Source of the DNA: Thermoplasmata archaeon
GTDB lineage: Archaea > Thermoplasmatota > Thermoplasmata > RBG-16-68-12
Direction of reading: 5' to 3'
Length of the DNA stretch: 24,000 nucleotides
NCBI GenBank assembly: GCA_035632695.1
Contig: DASQGG010000073.1
Coordinates: forward strand, 1-24,000
The notes below the pieces were generated by a model that was given only the letters and a program-made list of their open reading frames with translations, made no database searches and was not told where the DNA came from. Both the position numbers and the translations under genes were made by a program. Positions 7,305 to 14,954 of this stretch are shown in pieces. Within the stretch, counting starts at the first letter, position 1; each line of letters begins with the position of its first letter.

Positions 7305-7329
7305 CCTTGTTTAAGGTTGATTTTTATCC
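7299..7329. promoter_or_regulatory. 24-bp perfect palindrome plus T-rich TATA box in a divergent promoter region
   Basis: AATCAACCTT gttt AAGGTTGATT (7299-7322) is a 10-bp perfect inverted repeat with a 4-nt spacer. It is followed by TTTTTATCC (7320-7328), about 50 nt upstream of ATG 7376. Confidence 0.45.
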
Positions 7330-7375
7330 CGCGCCTTCTTGTCGCCCGACGGCCTTCCCCGATCCGCGGTGTCCC

Positions 7376-7657
7376 ATGGCGATGTTCCCCGAGGAGGTCC
7401 TCACGAAGACGAAGAAGGGCGAGATCGAGGTCCGCGCCCTCCTTGACCGCGGACGCTACGTGCGGTACCGCTACCTGCATCCGGAAACGGGCGAGCCCAT
7501 GGAGGGCGGCAAGGTGAAGCTCGTCCTGGTCGCGGAGTCCGGGAAGACCGAGGAGTTCTTCATCATCCCGACGAAGTCGCACCGCGACCTGCTGTTGCCC
7601 GCGGCGGAGAAGGGCACGCGGAAGGTGTGGGACGGGACGCGCGCCGTCGACCTCTGA
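7376..7657 (+). CDS. Hypothetical small beta-rich protein (93 aa)
   Basis: ATG 7376 (MAMFPEEVLTKTKKGEIEVR...) lies downstream of the TATA-like box. The upstream part of the 7307 ORF would cover the promoter. I recognise no family. Confidence 0.5.
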   Translation: MAMFPEEVLTKTKKGEIEVRALLDRGRYVRYRYLHPETGEPMEGGKVKLVLVAESGKTEEFFIIPTKSHRDLLLPAAEKGTRKVWDGTRAVDL

Positions 7658-7664
7658 TCGGGTG

Positions 7665-7687
7665 CCGCGGCGGTCAACGAGCCGCGG
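7665..7687. terminator. GC hairpin at a convergent gene junction
   Basis: CCGCGGC (7665-7671) pairs with GCCGCGG (7681-7687). The 9-nt loop contains the mdh stop (TCA at 7674-7676 on the plus strand). The hairpin starts 8 nt after the + gene stop. Confidence 0.3.
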
Positions 7688-8693
7688 GCTTCCCGAACCG
7701 GTCCAGGGTCGTGTGGCGCACGGCCAGGCCGAGCAGGACGCTCGCGTCCTGCGCGAACTCGCCGAGGTCGTGCGCTGCGGCGTCGAGGGCTTGTTGCTCT
7801 TCGGGCGGCAGGGGCCACTCCTCGACCCGGAGCAAGTGGCCTTTGCCGACGACGGCGGGAACGCCGAGCGCGAGATCTTGGACCCCATATTCCCCATGGA
7901 GGACCACCGAGGCGGGAGCCGTGGACGGGCGCGGGGACACCAACGCATGGAGGAGGCTCGCCGTCGCGCCGGCCGGACCGTAGGCGGTCCCGCCCTTCCC
8001 CTGGATGATCTTCGTGCTGAGACCGCGGAGCTCCTCCAAGATGGCGGCCTTGTCCGCGGGACTCAGCTCCACGGACCTCCCTTGGATGCGCACGCGGCTG
8101 TACAGGGGCACGGCGCGCTCGCCGTGTTCGCCGAGGACGAAGGCCTCGACCTGGGAGGGCCTCACCTTGAAGCGGTCCGCGAGGATGCACCGGAGTCGCA
8201 CGGAGTCGAGGAGAGCGCCCGAGCCGAGGACGCGGTCGCGCGCCAGCCCGGAGGCCTCCCAGGCGATCGTGGTGAGGACGTCGACCGGGTTCGTCAGGAC
8301 CACGAGGGTGGCGTGGGGCGCCACCTTCACGATCTGCCGGCTCAGGTCCCGCACGAGGGGCGCGTTCGCGTGGAGCAGGTCGAGCCGCGTCATCCCGGGC
8401 TTACGGCCCTGCCCCGCGACGAGGAGCACGACCTGGGAATCCGCCAGGTCCTCCAGGGTTCCCGCGCGCACGACGGTGTCGGATCGTTCCGCGATCCCGC
8501 TCCGGATGTCCTCGGCCTGAGCCCACGCCAGGTCCCCAACGACGTCATAGAGGACGATGTCATCCCACGTGCCGTCGCGGGCGACGGCGAAGGCGATCTC
8601 GCCGCCGAGCTTGCCCACGCCGACGATGCCCACCTTCAACCGGATCGCCACGCTCCTCACCCGGCACGGGGTTGATACGGTCTGTTGCGGCAT
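7674..8693 (-). CDS. mdh: Malate dehydrogenase (LDH-like MDH family)
   Basis: It has the Rossmann motif GIVGVGKLGG and the loop GQGRKPGMTRLDLL, with Arg at the position that discriminates malate (Arg) from lactate (Gln) specificity. It also has TNPVD and GEHG motifs. The start is either ATG 8693 or GTG 8651, which is preceded by GGTGAGGAG. The 497-aa track ORF is an artefactual upstream extension. Confidence 0.88.
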   Translation of the reverse strand: MPQQTVSTPCRVRSVAIRLKVGIVGVGKLGGEIAFAVARDGTWDDIVLYDVVGDLAWAQAEDIRSGIAERSDTVVRAGTLEDLADSQVVLLVAGQGRKPGMTRLDLLHANAPLVRDLSRQIVKVAPHATLVVLTNPVDVLTTIAWEASGLARDRVLGSGALLDSVRLRCILADRFKVRPSQVEAFVLGEHGERAVPLYSRVRIQGRSVELSPADKAAILEELRGLSTKIIQGKGGTAYGPAGATASLLHALVSPRPSTAPASVVLHGEYGVQDLALGVPAVVGKGHLLRVEEWPLPPEEQQALDAAAHDLGEFAQDASVLLGLAVRHTTLDRFGKPAAR

Positions 8694-8716
8694 CGGTGCA
8701 CCCGGCATCCCTCCCT

Positions 8717-9448
8717 TCAGGCGGGCCGGAGGTCGTAGGAGATGCGGTCCGTCTCCTTGCCCTTGGATCGCTTCTCCAACACGTGCACGCGGCCGATCTC
8801 CTTGGTGTTCTTGAGGTGGGTACCGCCGCAGGGACAGTAGTCCGCGCTCCCGACCTCGATGATCCGGAGCCGGCGGATGCTCTGGGGGATTAGGTCGAGC
8901 AGGGCCCGGTCCTCGACGCGGTTCGCCACGGCGACCCGGTCCTCCTCGAAGATCCGCACGTCCATGGCGGCCTCGGCGACCCGGTTGCACTCGTCCTCGA
9001 TCCGCTGGAGGTCCTGCGCCGTGAAGTTCGCGGGTTGGAAGTCGACCCGGCTGAAGTCCGCGTGGATCTGGTTGCCCACGGTCCGCGCCGCGTAGATGCG
9101 GAACACGAGCCCGGACATGATGTGCTGGGACGTGTGCATCCGCATGTGCTTGTACCGCCGATCCCAATCGATGACCCCGTGCACCGAGTCGGCCGCGGGC
9201 ATCCGGTCCACATGGTGCTTCACGACCCCCTTCTCCTTCGTGACCCGGAGGACATTGGCTTCACCGCCGGACCACCGCAGGATGCCGTGATCGTCCGGCT
9301 GACCGCCTCCTTCCGCGTAGAACGCGGTCTGGTCGAGGACCACGTAGTCGGGACCCCGTTCCGTGACCGTCGCGTCGAACTCGCGCAGATAGCAGGGGTC
9401 CGGCTCCTGGCCCTTCCGGGTCTCCATGTACAGGACGCGGGTGGGCAT
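8717..9448 (-). CDS. alaX: Alanyl-tRNA editing protein AlaX (AlaX-M type)
   Basis: It has the editing-domain zinc motifs HTSQH (HxxxH) and CGGTH (CxxxH), and the N-terminal pattern YLREFDATV. ATG 9448 (or 9427) lies just downstream of a TATA-like box. The gene sits 24 nt upstream of mdh, so the two are probably an operon. Confidence 0.88.
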   Translation of the reverse strand: MPTRVLYMETRKGQEPDPCYLREFDATVTERGPDYVVLDQTAFYAEGGGQPDDHGILRWSGGEANVLRVTKEKGVVKHHVDRMPAADSVHGVIDWDRRYKHMRMHTSQHIMSGLVFRIYAARTVGNQIHADFSRVDFQPANFTAQDLQRIEDECNRVAEAAMDVRIFEEDRVAVANRVEDRALLDLIPQSIRRLRIIEVGSADYCPCGGTHLKNTKEIGRVHVLEKRSKGKETDRISYDLRPA

Positions 9449-9794
9449 CGAGCCCCGGGAGGCCGCGCGCGACCATAAAGGGTTCGCGCCCGTGGGCACA
9501 ATTGCGCCATGGGCGAAACCCGCAGGCGCCAATGCACGCCGGCCGAGACGGCGTCCCGCACTGTGTGACTTGACGCCCGACCGGGGTTCATTCTCTGAGG
9601 GCCACGGCGAGTGCAAAGGTCCCGCAGGTAACGTCGAGCACGCCGGAGATCGGGCCTCGGTGCCGGAGCAGGTCCTGCAGGAAGGGATAGGCCCACGCAA
9701 TCCGCCGCGGATCGTAGAGGTGGTCGTAGTACTCGGCCAGAAGCCGGTACCATTCCCGATGGGCTCTTCCGTGCTCACTTCCCAAGAACTGCAC
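9449..9794 (-). pseudogene. Relic of a class I SAM-dependent methyltransferase (N-terminal fragment only)
   Basis: The minus frame ending at 9588 reads WYRLLAEYYDHLYDPRRIAWAYPFLQDLLRHRGPISGVLDVTCGTFALAVALRE*. This is the typical MTase N-terminus up to motif I, which is degenerate here (CGTF instead of CGTG), followed by a stop. A shifted frame downstream has only a faint GV(K)...RRALAPAGF resemblance. The possible start (GTG 9794 or TTG 9785) overlaps the acd stop. Confidence 0.4.
9471..9485 (-). promoter_or_regulatory. Putative TATA/BRE for alaX-mdh
   Basis: The minus strand reads GAACCCTTTATGGTC, centred about 30 nt upstream of ATG 9448. Confidence 0.4.
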
Positions 9795-10911
9795 GCGCGA
9801 TGACCATGCGCTGGACTTCCGATGTGCCCTCATAGAGCTCCGTGATCCGCTGGTCACGGTACAGCTTCTCGACGACATAGTCCTTGATGAAGCCATACCC
9901 GCCGTGGATCTGCACGGCGGCGTCGACGGCGCGATGCGCCGCCTCGGACGCGAAGAGCTTCGCGACACTCGATTCGTACGTGTGCCGTCGGCCCTTCTCC
10001 TTGAGCCAAGCCACTTTGTACGTCAGGAGACGCGCCGCCTCGATCTCCGTGGCCATGTCCGCCAGCTTCCACTGGATCGCCTGGAACTCCGCGATCTTCT
10101 GGCCGAAGGCTTCGCGGTCCTTCGCGTACTTCAGGGACTCCTCGAGGGCGCGCTGGGCGATCCCGAGCGCCTGGGCTGCGATACCGATCCGGCCCCCGTC
10201 CAGGGTGGCCAGGGCGATGTTGAACCCCTTTCCCTCTTGGCCCAGGAGGTTCTCCTTGGGGATCCGCATGTGGTCGAACGCGATGAGCATCGTGTCGCTC
10301 GCCCGGATCCCCATCTTGTTCTCCTTCTTCTCCAGGTGGAACCCCGGCGAATCCGTGGGCACGATGAAGCAGGAGATGTCGTACTTCTTGTCGCCGGTGC
10401 GGGCGTAGGCCACGAGGACCTTGGCCTTGAGCGCGTTCGTGATCAGCGCCTTGGACCCGTTCAGCTCCCACTCGTCCCCCACGAGCTTGGCCGTCGTCCG
10501 CATGGCCGCGGCGTCCGAGCCGCTCCCCGGCTCCGTCAGCCCGTATGCCCCGATCCACTCGCCGCGCGCGAGGGGCACGAGGTACTCCAGCTTCTGCGCC
10601 TCCGTGCCCCACCGGAGGATCGGCTCGCAGGCGAGGCCGTTGCAGACCGCGGCGATCACGGACGCACTCGCGTCGCCGCGCGCGAGTTCTTCGATCGCGA
10701 TCGCGTAGCAGACGGTGTCGAGGCCCGAGCCGCCGTACTTCTCGGGGACGAAGATCCCCAGGAGCCCCAGCTCCCCCATCTTCTTCGCCCAGGGGTCCGG
10801 GAATTCTTGGCTCTCGTCGTACCGCATCGACTCCGGGATCACATCGCGTTCCACGAAGTCCCGGACCATCTTCCGGGTCATCGCCTGGGTCTCGGTCGGC
10901 TCGAAGTCCAT
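9775..10911 (-). CDS. acd: Acyl-CoA dehydrogenase (short-chain/butyryl-CoA type)
   Basis: The 378-aa protein matches the ACAD family along its full length. Matching segments include GLTEPGSGSD, FDHMRIPKENLLG, the catalytic-base region YEGTSEVQRMVIAR and QIHGGYGF. Confidence 0.93.
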   Translation of the reverse strand: MDFEPTETQAMTRKMVRDFVERDVIPESMRYDESQEFPDPWAKKMGELGLLGIFVPEKYGGSGLDTVCYAIAIEELARGDASASVIAAVCNGLACEPILRWGTEAQKLEYLVPLARGEWIGAYGLTEPGSGSDAAAMRTTAKLVGDEWELNGSKALITNALKAKVLVAYARTGDKKYDISCFIVPTDSPGFHLEKKENKMGIRASDTMLIAFDHMRIPKENLLGQEGKGFNIALATLDGGRIGIAAQALGIAQRALEESLKYAKDREAFGQKIAEFQAIQWKLADMATEIEAARLLTYKVAWLKEKGRRHTYESSVAKLFASEAAHRAVDAAVQIHGGYGFIKDYVVEKLYRDQRITELYEGTSEVQRMVIARAVLGK

Positions 10912-10934
10912 CGGCTAGAGACAAGGCCCGTCAC

Positions 10935-10949
10935 GGGATAAAATTTCGG
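10935..10949. promoter_or_regulatory. Shared AT-rich box between divergent acd and GNAT genes
   Basis: GGGATAAAATTTCGG lies 30 nt (centre) upstream of the acd ATG at 10911 on the minus strand and about 50 nt upstream of ATG 10993 on the plus strand. Confidence 0.45.
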
Positions 10950-10992
10950 CCCGTTGGAAAGGTTCAAGTCGCCCCCTCGGTTCGCACGTGCG

Positions 10993-11880
10993 ATGCCTCC
11001 CCTCGGGATCGAGCCGCTGAGGTCCCCCGACGCCCACGCCTACTGGAGCGTCTTCGTCGCGGGTCGCACGAACCTCCCCACCCGGTCCGTCGCGGCCCAC
11101 GTCGACCGCTACCTCACCCTTCCGACGGAGGAGCAGCGCACGCACTTCGCGGTCCGCGAAGGCGACGCAATCGTCGGCGCGATGCGCCTCCTCCCGGGGA
11201 CGATCACGGGATTCTCCATGGACCCCGCCCACCGCCGCGACGGGAGCGCCGCGATCATCAAGGCCATCGACCTGCTCCGAACGCAGGGCAACGGCGCGAT
11301 CACTGCCTCCTTCGAGGATGCCTACCAGAGAGACTTCGAATCCCTCGGTTTCCGGCGCGTCTTCTCGCGGATGCGCATGGAGGGCGCCACCCGCCGCCTG
11401 CCGGGCCCGGGCCCGACGCTCAAGCCGCCGGAGGAAGGCGAGGTCCCGAAACTCGCGACGTTCTTCCGGGACGTCTACGAGGGCCACATGGAGCAGGCCT
11501 ACGGGTTGCACGTGGGTTCCGTGGAGTACTGGCGCGAATTCGTGACGGGGATCCTCCGGGGCGGAACGGGTCGCTTCATGCCGGAAGCTTCGTTCGTCGC
11601 CCTCGAGGGCGAGCGTCTCACGGGAGCCATCCTCGTTGCCTATTGGATGGAAGGGCCCCTGGTGGCGGAGCTCGGCGTGGTGCCTGACCGGAGGCGTCAG
11701 GGCGTCGCGCGCGCCCTCCTATCCGCGGCGTCCACGCGCCTTGTCGCCCTCGAGGAGCCGCGGTGGGCCCTGTACGTGACCGAGGGCAACGAGCCCGCGA
11801 TCCGCCTGTATCGGGCCTTCGGCTTCGAGCAGGTCGGCGGCCAGACGGTCACGGCCCGGCTCGATGCGGCGACCGAGTGA
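10993..11880 (+). CDS. Tandem-domain GNAT family N-acetyltransferase
   Basis: The C-terminal domain has the canonical acetyl-CoA loop RRQGVARALL and the motif NEPAIRLYRAFGF. The N-terminal domain is GNAT-like but has a degenerate loop (HRRDGSAAII). ATG 10993 is preferred over the TTG at 10954. Confidence 0.8.
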   Translation: MPPLGIEPLRSPDAHAYWSVFVAGRTNLPTRSVAAHVDRYLTLPTEEQRTHFAVREGDAIVGAMRLLPGTITGFSMDPAHRRDGSAAIIKAIDLLRTQGNGAITASFEDAYQRDFESLGFRRVFSRMRMEGATRRLPGPGPTLKPPEEGEVPKLATFFRDVYEGHMEQAYGLHVGSVEYWREFVTGILRGGTGRFMPEASFVALEGERLTGAILVAYWMEGPLVAELGVVPDRRRQGVARALLSAASTRLVALEEPRWALYVTEGNEPAIRLYRAFGFEQVGGQTVTARLDAATE

Positions 11881-11910
11881 CGATTCTCAGGAATGAGACT
11901 GAAGGGCCTA

Positions 11911-11920
11911 GCCTTAAGGC
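11911..11920 (+). promoter_or_regulatory. 10-bp palindrome GCCTTAAGGC, a possible TATA box for the small membrane-protein operon
   Basis: This is a perfect palindrome with an AT core, about 39 nt upstream of ATG 11955 and 31 nt after the GNAT stop. Confidence 0.3.
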
Positions 11921-11954
11921 CCGCGACCCCAGCATCGCCCGGGCCGGCGATGAC

Positions 11955-12248
11955 ATGATTGCGTTGGACGAGAGTTTCGTCGTGCTCATCCTGAGCATCC
12001 TCTGCGGCGTCCTCGGGGTCTTCCTCGTGGCGCACAAGGGCGTGCGGATGATGCACGGCGGCCTGCTGTACCGCCTGAGCGTCGGGCTCGCGGCGGTCGG
12101 GATCGCACTAGGCGTGAGCGCGGCGTCGCGCGTGCTGGGTCTGGACCCCATGGTCTCCGACACGTTCCAGATCGTCGCCCTGCTCGTGCTCTTCTTCATC
12201 GCGTACAGCGCGTGGCTGAGCGCGCACACGATGGCGACCGAGGCGTGA
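11955..12248 (+). CDS. Small integral membrane protein (97 aa, about 3 TM helices)
   Basis: ATG 11955 starts MIALDESFVVLILSILCGVLGVFLV. The two further hydrophobic spans are LSVGLAAVGIALGV and FQIVALLVLFFIAYSAWL. Confidence 0.6.
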   Translation: MIALDESFVVLILSILCGVLGVFLVAHKGVRMMHGGLLYRLSVGLAAVGIALGVSAASRVLGLDPMVSDTFQIVALLVLFFIAYSAWLSAHTMATEA

Positions 12249-12499
12249 TCCGCGTGGGCGTGCAGGCGGCGTACGAGCGCATCGCAGAGGACATGCGGTC
12301 CATCTGGGGGGACATGGCCCTCGCCATGCTCCGCAAGCGCGTCCGCGACGTGCACGCCGACCCGAACGCCCTCACGCAGCAGGACCTCGAGAAGATTGTG
12401 GATCTCCTGCGCTCGAAGACGCTGCCTTCGATCCTGGGAGAGGACGGCGCCGAGGCGAAGGCGCGACAGTACCTGAATTGGGTCGCCGACTCGGGGTGA
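12245..12499 (+). CDS. Hypothetical helical protein (84 aa), translationally coupled to the membrane protein
   Basis: GTG 12245 overlaps the upstream stop TGA (12246-12248) as GTGA. I recognise no family. Confidence 0.45.
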   Translation: MIRVGVQAAYERIAEDMRSIWGDMALAMLRKRVRDVHADPNALTQQDLEKIVDLLRSKTLPSILGEDGAEAKARQYLNWVADSG

Positions 12500-12503
12500 T
12501 GGC

Positions 12504-12971
12504 TCACTTGGGCGTCCCGTGGGACGCCTTGACGAGTCGCAGGACCTTGTACATCTCGAGCTCGGATCGGGACCACGGATGCAGGTCCTCCGGGAGGGCC
12601 GCATCGATCGGCTCCGTGCGTACCGCGTGGCTGCCCTTCTGCAAGGAAGCCTCCTCGGGCATCTGGGCCTCGAACTCGAACGTGAGCACCCAGTCGCCCT
12701 CCATCGCGGACCGCACGCCGATGAGCCGGATCGTCTTGGGCGTCTCGCCGGTCTGCGTCTTCAGGAGGCGCGTCGCGCATAGCCGCGGGTGCACCCCGTA
12801 GTCGAGTGTGCCTCCCGGCAGGGTCCACGCGTCCCCGAACACGGGGTCCTTGTGCTGGCGGATGATCACGAGGCGGTCCTCGAGGTGTGCGAACACCACG
12901 CACCGCAACTCGAGCCCGCCCGCCGCGGTGCCCGCGCCTACGGGGAAGAGCGCCTTCTCGACTTCCTCCAT
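12504..12971 (-). CDS. Nudix-fold protein with a degenerate (probably non-catalytic) Nudix box
   Basis: The Nudix-box region reads GGTLDYGVHPRLCATRLLKTQTGE, against the consensus Gx5Ex7REUxEExGU. G1, R15 and G22 are kept, but E7, E16, E19 and E20 are replaced by V, L, T and Q. Confidence 0.65.
   Translation of the reverse strand: MEEVEKALFPVGAGTAAGGLELRCVVFAHLEDRLVIIRQHKDPVFGDAWTLPGGTLDYGVHPRLCATRLLKTQTGETPKTIRLIGVRSAMEGDWVLTFEFEAQMPEEASLQKGSHAVRTEPIDAALPEDLHPWSRSELEMYKVLRLVKASHGTPK
12511..12528. terminator. GC-rich inverted repeat 12 nt after the + operon stop, embedded in the 3' end of the minus-strand Nudix gene
   Basis: GGCGTCCC gt GGGACGCC has 8-bp arms (effectively a 7-bp stem with a 4-nt loop). 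Confidence 0.3.
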
Positions 12972-12997
12972 GCACCCGACCCCCGCAGGGGTGACGG

Positions 12998-13011
12998 ACC
13001 CGATAAGGGTT
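12998..13011 (-). promoter_or_regulatory. Putative TATA/BRE for the Nudix-fold gene (14-mer identical to 6578-6591)
   Basis: The minus strand reads AACCCTTATCGGGT, centred about 34 nt upstream of ATG 12971. Confidence 0.45.
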
Positions 13012-13115
13012 CCGCGGCTCCGTCATGGGGACTTGCGGTCCACGAACCACGGCACGTCATCGCCGTTCGGTGCCCGGGGATCCGGGTGCGCGTGGCAGAG
13101 GCTCCGGCGCGTGGC

Positions 13116-14693
13116 TCATGCCGCCGGGAAGCTGATCGTGTGGCCTTCCGCCTGCCGCCGCGTCTTCGCGGGCTGGCGAATGCGGAAGCCGCGGTCCTCG
13201 CCGTACCGCCGCATGATCTGGAGGATGTACCGTCCCCCGACCCGGCCCGTGGCCACGACCATGGCGCGCAGCGGCAGCGGGAGCTTCGTGAGGTCCCACA
13301 GGAGGGAGTCCATCTCCAAGACCTCGTGGCGCCACGCCCGGTACGCGATGTTGAACCGGGCCTCGTCGATCATGTCGTGGATGCTGTAGAACTCCTCGCC
13401 GCGGAGGGCGCCGATGGGCACGAACGTGAGCGGAGCGGTCACGAAGTGCGCGTTCGGGATTTGCTCCATGCGGTCGATCAGGTCCACGGTCATCCAGGCG
13501 TCCTCCGGGGTCTCGCCCGGGAGGCCCATGATGATCGTGTACGCGGGGAACCAGTAGTTGCGGTTCAGGATCTCCGTGCCCTGCACGACGATGTCGGGCC
13601 ACTCCTCCGCGGTGAACGGTGCGGCCTTGCGGTTCAGCACGGCCTTGGAGAGCTTGGGACTCCCCGTCTCGATGCCGCTCTGGATCCCGATCCACTTGTC
13701 GGGCCCTGCGTGGACGATTTCGGAGAGGTCCTGGATGAGGCCCGGGTTCGTCACCGCGGCGCTCACGGTCCCGTGGGTCGGGTAGCAGTGCGTCACTCCC
13801 GGCTGGCTCATCACGTGCTGGAACAGGCCCTTGACCGCGTCCTCGTTGGGCTCGAACGTCTTCCAGTTCTCCAGCCGGTACAGGAAGATGTCGTCCGAAT
13901 GGAGTTGGATCGAATCGCCGCCGGGCGCCCGGGTGACCTGGGCGATCTCGTCTGCGATGAACTCCAGGGGGAAGTACCTCGGGCGGCGGAGCGTGACCTC
14001 GCAGAACTCGCAGCCGCGGCCGCAGCCGCGCATGACTTCGACCATGTTGTGCATCGTGGGTCCGAGGATCTTCGGGACCTCCTCGACCCGGGGTGCGGTT
14101 CGGTTGTTGAATCGCATCACGGGAGGCGCGGTGCCCGTGCGGACCTGCTCGAAGATGTCGCCGATGAAATGGTCGCACTCCCCGTAGACGACATGGTCGA
14201 TTCCGAGCTTCTCCTGAATGCCGGGCCGGTTGTCGAACTGCCATGCGCCGGGCCCGCCCAGGATGACCTTGTACTTCCGGTTGGGCTTCTGGCTCTTCGC
14301 GGCGAGTTCGAGGAACTTGGCCTTCGTGTACGGAGTCAGGACGCCGCCCATGGTGAACGACATGCTCACGGGGCCTAGACCGAGGGGGTCCATCGTGTGG
14401 AGCCCGACGACCTCCGTGTCCTCCTGGATGTACCGCTCGATCATCTGGGGCGGTGCGATCACGACCTGGTCGCGGCCGTACGTCTTCACGAGCCCGGCCT
14501 CGATCTTCCGGAGCCCGTAAGGCGCGCGGATGGGCGTGCCGTTCCCATCCAGCTTCGGCGGGTCCGCGAGGATCCGGTACACGAGGCGGGAGTGCCAGTA
14601 GTCCGTGGGGATGCAGCTGAAGAAGGTGGCCAGCGGCACGCCTCGGTAGTCGGTCATCAGTGTGTAGTCCGCGGCGAGCACGATCTTCGCCAT
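13116..14693 (-). CDS. Radical SAM protein with an N-terminal B12-binding-like domain (COG1032-type, function unknown)
   Basis: The CGRGCEFC motif (CxxxCxxC) lies after a roughly 220-aa Rossmann-like N-domain (KIVLAADY..., VILGGPGA). ATG 14693 is preceded by GGGGGATCAC, which is SD-like. The alternative start is ATG 14726. Confidence 0.85.
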   Translation of the reverse strand: MAKIVLAADYTLMTDYRGVPLATFFSCIPTDYWHSRLVYRILADPPKLDGNGTPIRAPYGLRKIEAGLVKTYGRDQVVIAPPQMIERYIQEDTEVVGLHTMDPLGLGPVSMSFTMGGVLTPYTKAKFLELAAKSQKPNRKYKVILGGPGAWQFDNRPGIQEKLGIDHVVYGECDHFIGDIFEQVRTGTAPPVMRFNNRTAPRVEEVPKILGPTMHNMVEVMRGCGRGCEFCEVTLRRPRYFPLEFIADEIAQVTRAPGGDSIQLHSDDIFLYRLENWKTFEPNEDAVKGLFQHVMSQPGVTHCYPTHGTVSAAVTNPGLIQDLSEIVHAGPDKWIGIQSGIETGSPKLSKAVLNRKAAPFTAEEWPDIVVQGTEILNRNYWFPAYTIIMGLPGETPEDAWMTVDLIDRMEQIPNAHFVTAPLTFVPIGALRGEEFYSIHDMIDEARFNIAYRAWRHEVLEMDSLLWDLTKLPLPLRAMVVATGRVGGRYILQIMRRYGEDRGFRIRQPAKTRRQAEGHTISFPAA

Positions 14694-14905
14694 GTGATCC
14701 CCCACAGCTTTCAGGAGCTGTCGCATCTAGCGGGTTGGGTCCTCGTAGCTTGGTAGCCCGGTGATTCGCTCTCGTCCCTAGTTATACGTTTCGCATTCGC
14801 GTCGACGACAACCGGGGCACGTCTCCCGGAGGGAAATCTTTCGGCCGACCGAAAACGAGGGGATGGGGAAGCGCGTCGGCGTCCCCGGTTCGTCGCAGGA
14901 AAACG

Positions 14906-14919
14906 AAAGGATTAAGGGA
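14906..14919 (+). promoter_or_regulatory. Putative TATA for the peroxiredoxin gene
   Basis: AAAGGATTAAGGGA is centred about 42 nt upstream of ATG 14955. Confidence 0.3.
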
Positions 14920-14954
14920 GGCCAGTCCCTCGGCCAATTCGGTTGGGATTCGTC

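Noticed and set aside
8694-9167. The N-terminal extension of the 497-aa ORF that contains mdh, and likewise the extensions 9449-9778 (alaX ORF) and 21415-21630 (ogt ORF).
   Set aside because: The extensions overlap the upstream gene in another frame and are low-complexity. The homologous domains begin at the downstream starts.
9485-9514. A near-palindrome centred on CAATTG upstream of alaX.
   Set aside because: Only about two-thirds of the positions pair, which is not distinguishable from chance in GC-rich DNA.
12789-14378. A 529-aa plus-strand ORF, and a 395-aa minus-strand alternative frame (13057-14244), over the radical SAM gene.
   Set aside because: Only the 13116-14726 frame carries the CxxxCxxC motif and protein-like composition. 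The others are shadow frames.
13116-14726. The idea that the radical SAM enzyme is a tetraether lipid synthase (Tes/GDGT-MAS-like) or a ring synthase.
   Set aside because: Only one Fe-S motif and seven cysteines are present, and I cannot see the extra cluster or rubredoxin-like sites expected for Tes. The idea cannot be supported without an HMM or phylogeny.
14727-14800. A tRNA-like look (gtagcttggtagc resembles a D-arm) in the 228-bp intergenic region.
   Set aside because: No complementary acceptor stem, anticodon arm or GTTCRANYC T-loop can be built.
14839-14854. A small palindrome, TTTCGG ccga CCGAAA (with an inner TCGGCCGA), between the radical SAM and peroxiredoxin genes as a possible redox-regulator operator.
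   Set aside because: The 6-bp arms are short, there is no second copy, and no regulator gene lies nearby. I noted it but consider it too weak to claim.
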